Assembly (NCBI GenBank): GCA_963663275.1
Contig: OY760183.1
Coordinates: 2,400,001-2,464,000, forward strand
Origin: Chloroflexota bacterium
Lineage (GTDB): Bacteria > Chloroflexota > UBA11872 > VXOZ01
Length of the DNA: 64,000 bases
Direction: 5' to 3'
Shown in pieces: positions 9,140 through 18,601 of the stretch. The first letter of the stretch is position 1, and every line of letters starts with the position of its first letter. Made by a program: the position numbers and the translations under genes. Below the pieces are notes generated by a model. It saw only the letters and a list, made by a program, of their open reading frames with translations. It was not told the DNA's origin and did not search any database.

Positions 9140-11691
9140 GGCTGGCTTTCTCGCTCGCGGCTCTCTTCTCCAGCGCCGGGGCCCGCGGCGCGCACCGCTA
9201 CCGGCGCCGTGGCTTCCGCCCCCAGCAACGCGCCCACCGGCGCGTCCGGGAAACCGACCGGCAGGTAGACCACGTGTTCCGCCAACCGCTCATTTGCCTT
9301 GGCGGTCACAGTCAGGTCCGTCCCATTCGCTTGAATGCCCACTTTTGCGCCGTCCTCTACCCCGAGGCGCGCCAACTGGGCCGGGTGCAGTTCGGCGACC
9401 GGCTCCGCGACGAGACGGCGCAGGTTGCTGCTGTAGCGTCCCGTAACGCCGGGCACGAAGAGGTGGTCTTGGGTAACCAGGAGCAGATTGCCGTCGCCGT
9501 TCACGCTCAGCAGCGCGGGCGGTTCCTGCCACGCGAAGCGCGGCGCGCTGTGTGTGACGGGAATTTCCGCCAGCACCGCGGCAATCTCCTGGGCAACGGA
9601 GTCCGGATTGCGGAACGTCCAGCGCGCGCCAAGTTGCAGGGCGAGTTCGGCAAATATCTGCCAATCGGGCTTGGCCTCGCCCACGGGTGGAATTGCCGCC
9701 TGCGCCCGTTGCGCGCGCCCTTCCAGATTGGTATACGTGCCGGTCTTTTCGGCAAAGCTGACGGCCGGCAGCACCACGTCGGCGTACTCCGCCGCCGTAC
9801 TGTTGACGAAGAGGTCTTGCACCACGACGAATTCCGACCGCTCGAGCAGCGCCTGCGCCTGATGGCGGTTGCGGGCGCTGGCGGCGAGGTCTTCGCCAAT
9901 AACGTAGAGCACCGCCAATTCCGTTCCGGCGAGAAGATCGTCCAGCGTGCGGCCCGGAGCGTCGGGCAGCACCACGTCCCACAGCCGCCCCAGGGCGCTG
10001 CGGGCCTGGGCGTCGTCCGCGCCGCGGAAGTTCGGCAGGATGTCGGCGCCCGCTCCCATCTGCGCCAGGCCGCGCGAATTCGCTTTGTTTGCCAACGGGA
10101 AGAGTTCCGCCTGCGGCAGGGCGAGGGTAAGCTGGGCCGCGGCCTGGGCGAAGCGCGCGGCGGTGCCAATCAGCCAGCCGCCAAGCCCCCACACAATGCC
10201 GACTTTGCCTGCCTGGACGAGTTGCGTTGCCGTCTCGCGCAGTTCCGCCGCTTCGACGCCGGTAGCGGCCGCGGCGCGTTCCAGGGTGTAACCGCGCAAA
10301 CCGGCCGGCCCGTTCTCACTCCCGGTCTGGCGAGCGATCTCGGCGGCAAGCCCCTGGAGCAGGTGCTGCTCCGCGCCGGGGCGCGTGCGCAGGACGCGGC
10401 GGGCAAAGCGGTCGTCCTGCCGGCTCGGCAGGCTGCTCGCTTGAATGAGCAGTTTGCCCTCGTCGCGTACCCACTGGCGCATCCTCATGCCGAGCACGTC
10501 GTGGCTCTCCATAATGTCGCCGCCGACGACCAGGAAAGCGTCCATCTGCTGCATCTCGGCAATCGTGAAGTCGAAGACGGCCGGCCCCAGCGCCTCAAGC
10601 GTGGGAATGAAGGTCCAGCGTTCCGTGCTGTCGATGTTGTTCGTGCCGACCACCTCGCGCATGAGGCGCATGATGAGGTAGTTTTCCTCATCCGAAAGGC
10701 GCCCGGACGTAATCGCCGCGACGGAGTCCGGTCCGTGGCCCGCTTTCGCCTCCGTGATCCGGGCCGCTACCGTGCTGAGGGCTTCGTCCCAACTTGCCGG
10801 TTGCAGTTCACCGTTCTTGCGCACCAGCGGCTGGGTGACGCGCCCGTCGTCGTGGATGTAGTCGTAGCCAAAGCGCCCGCGCGTGCAGAGCATGCCGTCG
10901 CCCGGGCCGCGGTCGCGGGTGTTGACCGGCGTCTGGTCGCGCAGCGCCGGATTGGCTTTCGTGCGCAGCACCTCGCCCATGCGCGTCTCCACGTGCATCT
11001 GGCAGCCGACGCTACAGTGGTTGCAGACCGACTCGCTCTGGTGCACCTGCCAGGCGCGTCCGCTGTGCATGAACGGACGGCTGAGCAGCGCGCCCACCGG
11101 GCAGACCTCAATGCACTCGCCGCATTCCACGCAGTCCAGCGGCTCGTCGAACTGCGTGCCGATGTAGCTGTGGAATCCGCGCAGATTAAAGGTAAGGGCG
11201 CTGTCGCCGACGCGCTCGTCGCAGATGCGTACGCACTTGCCGCAGTAAATGCAGCGGTTCGGGTCCCACTCGATCAACGGGCTGAATTCGTGGTCGGGTT
11301 CGTTGGGGTTGTCGCTGCCCAACTTGCTGCGGTAGACGCCGACCTCGTAGGCCGTGTGCTGCAAGTCGCAGACGCCGGACTTATCGCAGTAGGGGCAGTC
11401 GAGTGGATGGTGTTGCAGGGTCATTTCCATGATGCCCTGCTGGGCGTGCACGACCGGCTCGGTCTTGGTGCTCACCACCATGCCGTCCATGGCCGCGGTA
11501 TTGCAAGACGAGAGCGATTTGGGGGCGCGTTCCACCTCCACCACGCACATGCGGCACGCGCCGTAGGGCTTCAGGAACGTATCGAAGCACAAGGTAGGAA
11601 TATAAATGCCCGCCTTGCGGCACGCGTCGAGAATCGTCGCGCCGTCGGGTACCGTTACCTCTTGCCCGTCAACTGTCAGTGTTACCGGCAT
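9136..11691 (-). CDS. nuoG: NuoG-like Fe-S subunit (molybdopterin-oxidoreductase fold)
   Basis: IPTLC, GACRMC, HPLDCPYCDKSGVCDLQ, CIYCGKCVRIC, CVECGECIEVCPVGAL, CNHCSVGC; ADVVLPA..EKTGTYTNLEGR; position within nuo operon. Confidence 0.88.
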   Translation of the reverse strand: MPVTLTVDGQEVTVPDGATILDACRKAGIYIPTLCFDTFLKPYGACRMCVVEVERAPKSLSSCNTAAMDGMVVSTKTEPVVHAQQGIMEMTLQHHPLDCPYCDKSGVCDLQHTAYEVGVYRSKLGSDNPNEPDHEFSPLIEWDPNRCIYCGKCVRICDERVGDSALTFNLRGFHSYIGTQFDEPLDCVECGECIEVCPVGALLSRPFMHSGRAWQVHQSESVCNHCSVGCQMHVETRMGEVLRTKANPALRDQTPVNTRDRGPGDGMLCTRGRFGYDYIHDDGRVTQPLVRKNGELQPASWDEALSTVAARITEAKAGHGPDSVAAITSGRLSDEENYLIMRLMREVVGTNNIDSTERWTFIPTLEALGPAVFDFTIAEMQQMDAFLVVGGDIMESHDVLGMRMRQWVRDEGKLLIQASSLPSRQDDRFARRVLRTRPGAEQHLLQGLAAEIARQTGSENGPAGLRGYTLERAAAATGVEAAELRETATQLVQAGKVGIVWGLGGWLIGTAARFAQAAAQLTLALPQAELFPLANKANSRGLAQMGAGADILPNFRGADDAQARSALGRLWDVVLPDAPGRTLDDLLAGTELAVLYVIGEDLAASARNRHQAQALLERSEFVVVQDLFVNSTAAEYADVVLPAVSFAEKTGTYTNLEGRAQRAQAAIPPVGEAKPDWQIFAELALQLGARWTFRNPDSVAQEIAAVLAEIPVTHSAPRFAWQEPPALLSVNGDGNLLLVTQDHLFVPGVTGRYSSNLRRLVAEPVAELHPAQLARLGVEDGAKVGIQANGTDLTVTAKANERLAEHVVYLPVGFPDAPVGALLGAEATAPVAVRAAGPGAGEESRERESQP

Positions 11692-11752
11692 CGTTTCCTC
11701 TTCTCACCCACCGCAACTGTCAGGAACCGTCCGCCTACTTTGAAACCCACGC

Positions 11753-12958
11753 TTATCGATCAATCTCGCCAAGCACAATGTCAATACTGCCAATCACCGC
11801 CACCACGTCGGCCAGCAGCCGCCCTTTCACCAGGTACGGCAGTGACTGCAAGTTCACGAAGGAAGGCGAGCGCACGTGCATGCGGTAGGGTTTGCCGCTG
11901 CCGTCGCTGACGACGTAGAAGGCCAATTCGCCTTTGGGCGCTTCGATCGCCGCATAGGTCTCGCCGCGCGGCACCGGGAAGCCGTGGATATACATCCAGA
12001 AGTGGTTGATCATCGCTTCCATGTCGGTATAGAGGCGCGGCGTATCCGGGCGGGCGACGCGGGCGTCGTCGGTCATGACCGGACCCGGCGGCAGGCGCTC
12101 GATGACCTGGCGCAGGATGCGCACGCTCTGGCGCATCTCTTCCAGGCGCAAGATGTACCGGCTGAAGACGTCCCCTTTGCCGGTGCCGGTGGGCACGTCG
12201 AACTCCACTTTGTCATAGGCGGCATAGGGTTCCGCCTTGCGGATGTCCCACTCCACGCCCGAGCCGCGCAAGCACGCGCCGGACAACCCCATCGCAATCG
12301 CGTCGTCGCCGGAAATCACGCCCACGTCCACCGTGCGGCCCAACCAGAGTTCGTTCTTCGAGAGCAACTTGTCGAATTGGTCTATCTCCCGCAGAAAGTA
12401 GTCGAGGTTGTCCTCGAGTTTGCGGTAGAAGGGTTCGCGCGGCTCTTCCAGGAAGCCGCCCGGGCGCATCACGCTGTGGGTCATGCGCGCGCCGCAGAGT
12501 TCCTCGAAGAGTTCCAGCACGGTCTCGCGGGCGCGAAAGGCGTAGAGGAAGACGGACATTGCGCCGATGTCCAGCGCGTGGGTGCCGATCCACACCAGGT
12601 GCCCCGCCAGCCGCCCCAGTTCGCCGACGATGCAGCGCAACCACTGGGCGCGCTCCGGCACCTCGATACCGGCCAGCGTTTCCACTGCCACCAGCCAACC
12701 CAGATTGCTGGATGCCGCGGCGGTGTAGTCCATGCGGTCGGTGTAGCCGAGAATCTGGGTATACGTCTCGCTCTCGGCGATCTTCTCCGTGCCGCGATGG
12801 AGATAGCCAATGATAGGCACGGCTTCCTCGATGTACTCGCCGTCCATCTTGAGGACGACCCGCAGCACGCCGTGGGTACTGGGATGCTGCGGCCCCATGT
12901 TCAGGATGAGGCCCGAATCGTCTTCACCGGCAATGCGTTCAATTTCAACCGTCGCCAT
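11753..12958 (-). CDS. nuoD: NADH-quinone oxidoreductase subunit D
   Basis: LNMGPQHPSTHGVLR, GYLHRGTEK, EAPKGE, DIVLGEIDR. Confidence 0.97.
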   Translation of the reverse strand: MATVEIERIAGEDDSGLILNMGPQHPSTHGVLRVVLKMDGEYIEEAVPIIGYLHRGTEKIAESETYTQILGYTDRMDYTAAASSNLGWLVAVETLAGIEVPERAQWLRCIVGELGRLAGHLVWIGTHALDIGAMSVFLYAFRARETVLELFEELCGARMTHSVMRPGGFLEEPREPFYRKLEDNLDYFLREIDQFDKLLSKNELWLGRTVDVGVISGDDAIAMGLSGACLRGSGVEWDIRKAEPYAAYDKVEFDVPTGTGKGDVFSRYILRLEEMRQSVRILRQVIERLPPGPVMTDDARVARPDTPRLYTDMEAMINHFWMYIHGFPVPRGETYAAIEAPKGELAFYVVSDGSGKPYRMHVRSPSFVNLQSLPYLVKGRLLADVVAVIGSIDIVLGEIDR

Positions 12959-13033
12959 CAGCCGCTCTCGCTACTTCAAATGAAGGCCCTCTCGGCAATC
13001 TCTTCCGTGCACCCAAGGCGCCTGTCAAGACTT

Positions 13034-13068
13034 CTCCCTCTCCCTGGGGAGAGGGCCGGGGTGAGGGG
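13034..13068. repeat. Palindromic repeat family F (CCCTCTCCC...GGGAGAGGG type) between nuoC and nuoD
   Basis: CTCCCTCTCCCTGGGGAGAGGGCCGGGGTGAGGGG hairpin; related motif at about 52857-52891. Confidence 0.55.
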
Positions 13069-13124
13069 ATTCCGGGTACTCGTAAGAGTTGCCCGCAGAT
13101 CTCTCTTGGTATTGGCTGTCACAC

Positions 13125-13598
13125 TCACAGTCCCTCGCGGGGAAAGTCCTTGCGCAAGGGGTGGTACTCGTAGTCTTCATCCATCAGAATGCGCCGGAGG
13201 TCCGGGTGATTCACAAACTGCACGCCCATCAGGTCGTAGACCTCGCGTTCCGGCCAGTCCGCTCCCGGCCAGACCTGCGCCATGGATTCCACCGCTTCGT
13301 TCGCGGCAATGCGCATTTTGACGCGGATGCTGCGATTCTCCGGTATCGAGCGCAGGTGATAGACCACCTCGTATTCCTGCGTCTCGCCAGGCCAGTGCAC
13401 CGCCGTCACGTCGCCAAAGTAATTGAAGCGCAGTTCCGTGTCATCGCGTAGGGCGGTTGCCACCGCCAGCAAGTCCGCCGCCTCAATCTGAATGGTCAGA
13501 TAGTTGCGTTTCGTGTTGGCGTCAATGAGCTTTTCGCCCAAGACCGCTTTCACGCGCTCGCGGATGGCGTCGGCGGCGACCGGCGGCGGAATGCTCAC
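13125..13598 (-). CDS. nuoC: NADH-quinone oxidoreductase subunit C
   Basis: WPEREVYDLMGV..HPDLRRIL..HPLRKDFP; GTG start at 13598 after AAGGAG. Confidence 0.93.
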   Translation of the reverse strand: MSIPPPVAADAIRERVKAVLGEKLIDANTKRNYLTIQIEAADLLAVATALRDDTELRFNYFGDVTAVHWPGETQEYEVVYHLRSIPENRSIRVKMRIAANEAVESMAQVWPGADWPEREVYDLMGVQFVNHPDLRRILMDEDYEYHPLRKDFPREGL

Positions 13599-13606
13599 GG
13601 ATGCGG

Positions 13607-14185
13607 TTACTCCTTTGCTCCGGCGGCCCGCGCGGTGAGCAGCGCATCTTCCGCGCCGGCCCACTCGCCTTGCTTGATCTTCTGCTGGAGGAGCATCAGG
13701 CCATCCAGCAGCGCCTCCGGCCGCGGCGGGCAGCCGGGCACGTAGATGTCAACCGGCACGGCTAGGTCTACGCCTTGGAGCACGCTGTACGACCGGTACG
13801 GCCCACCGCAGGTAGCGCAGTTGCCGTGGGCGATGACCCAGCACGGCCGCGCCATCTGCTCCCACAGGTTGCGTATGATCGGGGCCATCTTCTTGGTCAC
13901 CGTGCCCGCTACGATCATCACGTCCGATTGCCGGGGCGTGGCGCGGGGCGCCATGCCAAACCGGTCCATGTCATAGTGCGAGGCGAAGAGCGCCATCATC
14001 TCGATGGCGCAGCACGCCAAGCCGAACGTCATCGGCCACAGGGCGTTGGCCCGCCCCCAATTCAGCACCTGGTCGGCGGAAGCCAGCACGAAGCCGGAAG
14101 CGCCCGTCTTCTGTCCAGCGGCCTGCGCCGCGGGCAGGGAAAGCGTATCTTCTACAACCCCCAATCGAACGCTCCTTTCTTCCAT
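13607..14185 (-). CDS. nuoB: NADH-quinone oxidoreductase subunit B (true start possibly TTG at 14164)
   Basis: [34 protein letters not shown]. Confidence 0.96.
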   Translation of the reverse strand: MEERSVRLGVVEDTLSLPAAQAAGQKTGASGFVLASADQVLNWGRANALWPMTFGLACCAIEMMALFASHYDMDRFGMAPRATPRQSDVMIVAGTVTKKMAPIIRNLWEQMARPCWVIAHGNCATCGGPYRSYSVLQGVDLAVPVDIYVPGCPPRPEALLDGLMLLQQKIKQGEWAGAEDALLTARAAGAKE

Positions 14186-14529
14186 GCGTAAACGTAGCCT
14201 ACAAGCAGAATTCCAATGAATATCGCCATTTCAACCAGACCGAAGAGGCCGAGCGACGTGATGATGACGGCCCAGGGAAAGAGGAAGGCGAGTTCGAGGT
14301 CGAAGACGACGTAAACGATCGCGACCATATAGAAGTGGATGCCGTGCTTGCCGCGCGTATCGCCGACAACCCCGCTTGGGCCAATGCCCGATTCGTAGGG
14401 AACCGTGCGCAAAGGGCCCGGCTTGAAGCGTGGCCGGATGACCGAGGCGAGCGCCAGGGAGATGATGCCAAAGGCGGACGCCGCCACGAAGAGCACCAGA
14501 AACGGAATGTAGCCGACGTAGTACTCCAT
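14152..14529 (-). CDS. nuoA: NADH-quinone oxidoreductase subunit A
   Basis: [37 protein letters not shown]. Confidence 0.95.
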   Translation of the reverse strand: MEYYVGYIPFLVLFVAASAFGIISLALASVIRPRFKPGPLRTVPYESGIGPSGVVGDTRGKHGIHFYMVAIVYVVFDLELAFLFPWAVIITSLGLFGLVEMAIFIGILLVGYVYAWKKGAFDWGL

Positions 14530-14642
14530 CTTCCATCCTCCAGGCCAAGCGGCTTTCCGCCAAGCCCGCGCTGTCCGCGTGTTGCGGTCTATGATGACCG
14601 ATATCGCTTCTCTTTACAAGGCGGCTCCACCGGCGGCGCGTG

Positions 14643-15356
14643 TCAGTCCGTCGTCAGAGTGGGAACGCCGGCAGCGCCGGCTTCCGGCGCGGCATCATCG
14701 ATGAAGCCCGCGTTCTCCGCGACGCTCTCCCGCAATAGGTACGAAAGGTACTCTACTTCAATGGAAAGGTCAACGCTGGCCAGGTAGACGTGAGACGGCA
14801 CCCGCAAGGCCACGGGCGCGAAATTGAGCAAACAGCGCACACCGGCCTCGATAAGCTGTTCGGTAACCGCTTGCGCCGCTCTGGCCGGCACGGCCACCAG
14901 AGCCATGGAGATCTGGCGCTCTTGAATGGTCTCCTTCAAGTGATCCAGCGGCTTGACCACCACGTCCCGGATCACCGCGCCCACGCGGCGGGGATCGGAA
15001 TCGAACGCCTCGACGATACGAAACCCCTGGCGCGGAAAGCCGTCATAGGCGAGCAGCGCGGAGCCAAGATTGCCAACTCCTACCAGCGCCATCGGCCATC
15101 CCTCGCCAATCCCCAGGATCTTCTGCACGTGAGCGCGCAGCATATCGACGTCGTAACCGACACCGCGTCTGCCGAAACTGCCAAAGTACGCCAGGTCCCG
15201 GCGCACCTGGGCGGCCGTGGAACCGGTCAAGGCGGAGAGGCGCTCGGAGGAGACGCTCTCGACCCCCTGCTCTTGCAACACGGCCAACGTACGATAGTAC
15301 ACAGAGAGGCGCCGGATCGCCATTTGCGGCGCATTTCCGCGCAGTGTGCCAGACAT
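14643..15356 (-). CDS. rex: Redox-sensing transcriptional repressor Rex
   Basis: RRLSVYYR, QVRRDLAYFGSFGRRGVGY, VGVGNLGSAL, LNFAP; ATG 15356 after GGGGAG. Confidence 0.95.
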   Translation of the reverse strand: MSGTLRGNAPQMAIRRLSVYYRTLAVLQEQGVESVSSERLSALTGSTAAQVRRDLAYFGSFGRRGVGYDVDMLRAHVQKILGIGEGWPMALVGVGNLGSALLAYDGFPRQGFRIVEAFDSDPRRVGAVIRDVVVKPLDHLKETIQERQISMALVAVPARAAQAVTEQLIEAGVRCLLNFAPVALRVPSHVYLASVDLSIEVEYLSYLLRESVAENAGFIDDAAPEAGAAGVPTLTTD

Positions 15357-15385
15357 TGGCGCTCCCCGTTCAAGCGGCATCGGCC

Positions 15386-15403
15386 ACGTGAAACATATCA
15401 CAA
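15386..15403. promoter_or_regulatory. Rex operator (ROP)-like site upstream of rex-nuo
   Basis: Minus strand TTGTGAT-ATGT-TTCACGT vs consensus TTGTGAA-N4-TTCACAA (11/14), 30 bp upstream of rex start. Confidence 0.7.
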
Positions 15404-15551
15404 GCTTCTGGCGCACGCAACTGGAGATTGCGCCCATTTGGGAGCGGCGCGCCAAGCAAAGAGAAGCTACCGAGGGGCAATGGGGAAGTCCGCCCGGCGC
15501 CGCCGGCCGTCATGCCCAGCCGCGAAGGCCTCCGCGCGGGCGCGGCGGCGG

Positions 15552-17351
15552 TCACGCCTGTTCCGGCGGCAAATCCAGCTTCGTGCCAATGGCCCAAAGC
15601 TCCTGCATCGGCTTGTAGCGGCTGCGGAAGCGGTCGAAGCGGGTCTCGCCGTCAACCACGACCTCGCGCTGGATCTCGGCGTCCACGCCGTCAACCGCCC
15701 ACTCCACTTGCTTGCGCTCGCCGAAAGGCAGTTCGGGATCCGGCTTGTCCGGCAGCGGCGGCCCGTGCTTCACCCAGTTCTTGGCGATTGCCGGCAGCAT
15801 ACGCACCGCGCGCTTGGGGCCGCGGCCGTGCAGCGCGAACTTAAGCTGCATGGCTCTCTTGTCAACGTGGGTCTGTATCAGAATGGGATGCTCTGAATCG
15901 TTGACGTACTTGAGATCGACACCCGGGTTGTAAACGGCGGCGTCGAATCCCGGCGGGCTGCCGTCCCGTTCGTAGTAGCCCACGCGGTACGTGTGCTGGT
16001 TGCGTTCCGCAATCGGCAGTCCGGCCCAGAAGGCCGCGCGGAACATCGTGGTGGAAACCTGGCAGACACCGCCGCCGACGCCCGGCACGGTCTGATCGCC
16101 GAAGATGATGAGGCTTTCCTGGTAGCCGTCTTTCTTGGTGATTGGGCCAAGCGTATCCAAGAAGGAGAATGTCTCGCCGGGAGGAACAACGAAGCCGTGG
16201 AGTTTGCCCGCCGCCAAGGCTATGTTGTGGGCGCGCTCGGGCGGGGAACCCCTGAACAAAGAGACGCCTTCCGCAATCAGGTTCTCAAAGTCCCACTGCC
16301 CCATATTTTCCGCGGTGTACGACGGTTCTTCCACCTCCGCCGGCAGATAGAGAGCCGTAACGCCTTGGCGGATGGCGGCCTGCGCGGTGGCGAGAACGGT
16401 GTCCGTATTGGTGCGATAGCCGACCGCGGCCGGCTCCGCCACGGTCACGGTGTCGCCGCGCACGGTAAACCGCGCATTCTTCACGGGGCGGGCGGCCTCG
16501 GCGGCAATCGGCGCCAGCCACTTCTGCAGTTGCTCCGGTTCCCCCACCACTTCCAAGCGGCCTTGCTCAGGATCCTGGTCTATGTGCAGCCACGGCAACA
16601 GCGCCTTGCCGGAAAGCTGCCACGACTTTTCCTCCAGCCCAAAGCGCAGCCCCTGCGCCACCAGCCGTTCGAAGATGGCCCTGACCGTTTCCGCTCTTTG
16701 CAACGTGATGGGAGGCGTGACCGTGACCACCGGCAGCGCGATGCTCTGGCGCGACGGCGGGTCGGCCGGCAAACGCATCTGCCTGATAATCGCATTGCGG
16801 TCGAGCCACTTGCCCTCGGCGCCGGGCACGACGCGCACGCGGTCGGCCTGGCGGTCCAGAAGTGAACTAACGGCGGGGCGATCGATCTTGGCGCCAATCG
16901 TATTGAGGAAGCCCAACGCCACCGTGGAATCCAGCAGAACGGGCAAGGCAACCTGGTTGCGCGCGCTCAATCCCAGGAACCAGGTCCACATGCGCCGCTT
17001 CTGCGACTCGAAGACGCTCCCAATCGCCCTCTCGATGTCAACCAAGATGCCAACTTCCGCCGCCGTTGGCGCCCACCTGTTTCCCTCGTGGGCGAACACC
17101 ACCGGGCTGTGTAGGTAGTCCCGCCATAGCCCCTGTACCCGCGCCCGCGCTTCCGCCTCCGACAGGCCGGAGACGTCGATGGAACCGACGAACGTGCCCG
17201 GCAAAGCGTACTTCCCCGCCTGGGAACGCAGCACGCCGGAGGCGGCCCCGCCGGCCAAGGCCGTAAGCGGGACGGCGGCAAACCCCAGGAAGACGCGCCG
17301 GGATACGAACCGCGAACCGGCTTTCCAAGCAAATCGCGATTGCATGGGCAT
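15552..17351 (-). CDS. VanW-family protein with N-terminal peptidoglycan-binding (YoaR-like) repeats
   Basis: RAHNIALAA, PGETFSF, GGGVCQVSTTMF, ERNQH, DAAVY, DLKYVN; N-terminal anchor/signal. Confidence 0.9.
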   Translation of the reverse strand: MPMQSRFAWKAGSRFVSRRVFLGFAAVPLTALAGGAASGVLRSQAGKYALPGTFVGSIDVSGLSEAEARARVQGLWRDYLHSPVVFAHEGNRWAPTAAEVGILVDIERAIGSVFESQKRRMWTWFLGLSARNQVALPVLLDSTVALGFLNTIGAKIDRPAVSSLLDRQADRVRVVPGAEGKWLDRNAIIRQMRLPADPPSRQSIALPVVTVTPPITLQRAETVRAIFERLVAQGLRFGLEEKSWQLSGKALLPWLHIDQDPEQGRLEVVGEPEQLQKWLAPIAAEAARPVKNARFTVRGDTVTVAEPAAVGYRTNTDTVLATAQAAIRQGVTALYLPAEVEEPSYTAENMGQWDFENLIAEGVSLFRGSPPERAHNIALAAGKLHGFVVPPGETFSFLDTLGPITKKDGYQESLIIFGDQTVPGVGGGVCQVSTTMFRAAFWAGLPIAERNQHTYRVGYYERDGSPPGFDAAVYNPGVDLKYVNDSEHPILIQTHVDKRAMQLKFALHGRGPKRAVRMLPAIAKNWVKHGPPLPDKPDPELPFGERKQVEWAVDGVDAEIQREVVVDGETRFDRFRSRYKPMQELWAIGTKLDLPPEQA

Positions 17352-17929
17352 ATCAACGCTCCGGAATAGTAACTGCCGCTACCGCGTCCAGCGCAACCTG
17401 CCTGCGCATGGCTGGCGCCGGTTGGCGCGCGCGTCCGAGGTCTTGGGCGAGCCGGCCCTGCCTGCCGGCATCATCCGGCGGGACTGCGCTACCGCGCACA
17501 GGAGTCTGTCTTCCACTTCCACGCCCGCTTCTCGGCGCAAATCCTTGAATCCTAACGCGCGAGCCTGGGCATTGAAGACGGCTAGGCGAAAGAATGTCCG
17601 GCCGATCCCGCACATTGTCTGCCAATCCCAGTTCGAGGCGCTGCGGAGACTGGCGTTCCAACGGAAGGATTTGGCACGGAGGGCTGGGCAAACGCGGACA
17701 AGCCGGCGGCCGAGGTTCGGCAGGGAACCCGCAGGCGCCGCGCGGCAGATGATGAGTCAGGCGCGAGCACCTTGGCTGCATCATGCGGTAGACCTACGTC
17801 AACTAAAGCTGTGTTGTCTCCTTGCTCTCCACTATAGTATAGCACCGGCGCGCGAGAGTGTCTTGCCCTGCATCGCAAAAGACGCCGAGCGTCCACAGTC
17901 CTCGAGCCATGCGGGCCGGGCACGTTCCC

Positions 17930-18331
17930 CTAATCGAACACGGCAATGGCGTCGATCTCTACCAGCCAGTCCTCGCCGGAGAGCGCGCCGATTTGCACCA
18001 TGGTGGCCGTGGGATAGGTCGGCGCGAAGATCTCGTTGCGGATGCCGGTGACGACGGCGCGGTAGCGGATGTCGGTGACGTACATGTTAAGGTGCGCCAC
18101 GTTGGCCAGGGAGCCGCCGGCCGCTTTGCAGAGCGCCTCGATGTTGGCATAGACCTTGCGGGTTTGCGCTTCGATGTCGCCCTTGCCGACCAGGTCGCCG
18201 TTTTCATCCACCGGAAACTGGCCGGCGATGAAGAGCACGCGCTTGATGCCGTCTATCATCAGGCCCTGCGAAAAATTGCTGAAGGGCGGGCACACGCCCT
18301 CACCGAGAACGGTCTTCTTCTCCAATGCCAT
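17930..18331 (-). CDS. RidA/YjgF/UK114 family protein
   Basis: LFIAGQ, GDIEAQTR, NIEA, PTATMV, VEIDAIA; ATG 18331 after AAGGA. Confidence 0.9.
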   Translation of the reverse strand: MALEKKTVLGEGVCPPFSNFSQGLMIDGIKRVLFIAGQFPVDENGDLVGKGDIEAQTRKVYANIEALCKAAGGSLANVAHLNMYVTDIRYRAVVTGIRNEIFAPTYPTATMVQIGALSGEDWLVEIDAIAVFD

Positions 18332-18362
18332 GTTCCTTGGCCTCCTCATGTGTGAACTCTAG

Positions 18363-18388
18363 ATTTCTCGCTGCGCTCGAAATGACAG
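18363..18388. repeat. Palindromic repeat family D half-unit; direct copy at about 18699-18722
   Basis: TTTCTCGCTGCGCTCGAAATGACA occurs twice; related to 26143-26223. Confidence 0.65.
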
Positions 18389-18439
18389 TGGTGGGCTTCT
18401 GCGCAAGTCTCCATCAACGGTAGCGCGGGGGCTTGTCCC

Positions 18440-18601
18440 TAATGCTGTCGCGTAAACGTAGCGCGGGGGCTTGTCCCCCGCCGGAGCAAGCAAAATGAGA
18501 ACGGAATGGATTGACCCTACGGAAGACGCAGGTTTGTAACCTGCGCTACCGAAGAAACGAGCGTAGTTTTCATTCTCATCGCGTTTAATGCGACAACATT
18601 A
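18440..18601. mobile_element. 162-bp MITE with IS4-like ends inserted in a REP-A, 11-bp target-site duplication
   Basis: Ends TAATGCTGTCGCGTAAACG / revcomp TAATGTTGTCGCATTAAACG; flanked by GGGCTTGTCCC at 18429-18439 and 18602-18612; removal restores a perfect REP-A. Confidence 0.85.

Noticed and set aside
9136-11691. Formate dehydrogenase alpha subunit
   Set aside because: No Cys/Sec Mo ligand at the expected position (NNIDSTERW), no in-frame TGA, and it sits in the nuoG position.
15552-17351. Vancomycin resistance locus
   Set aside because: VanW-domain proteins are widespread; no vanHAX/vanRS genes are nearby.
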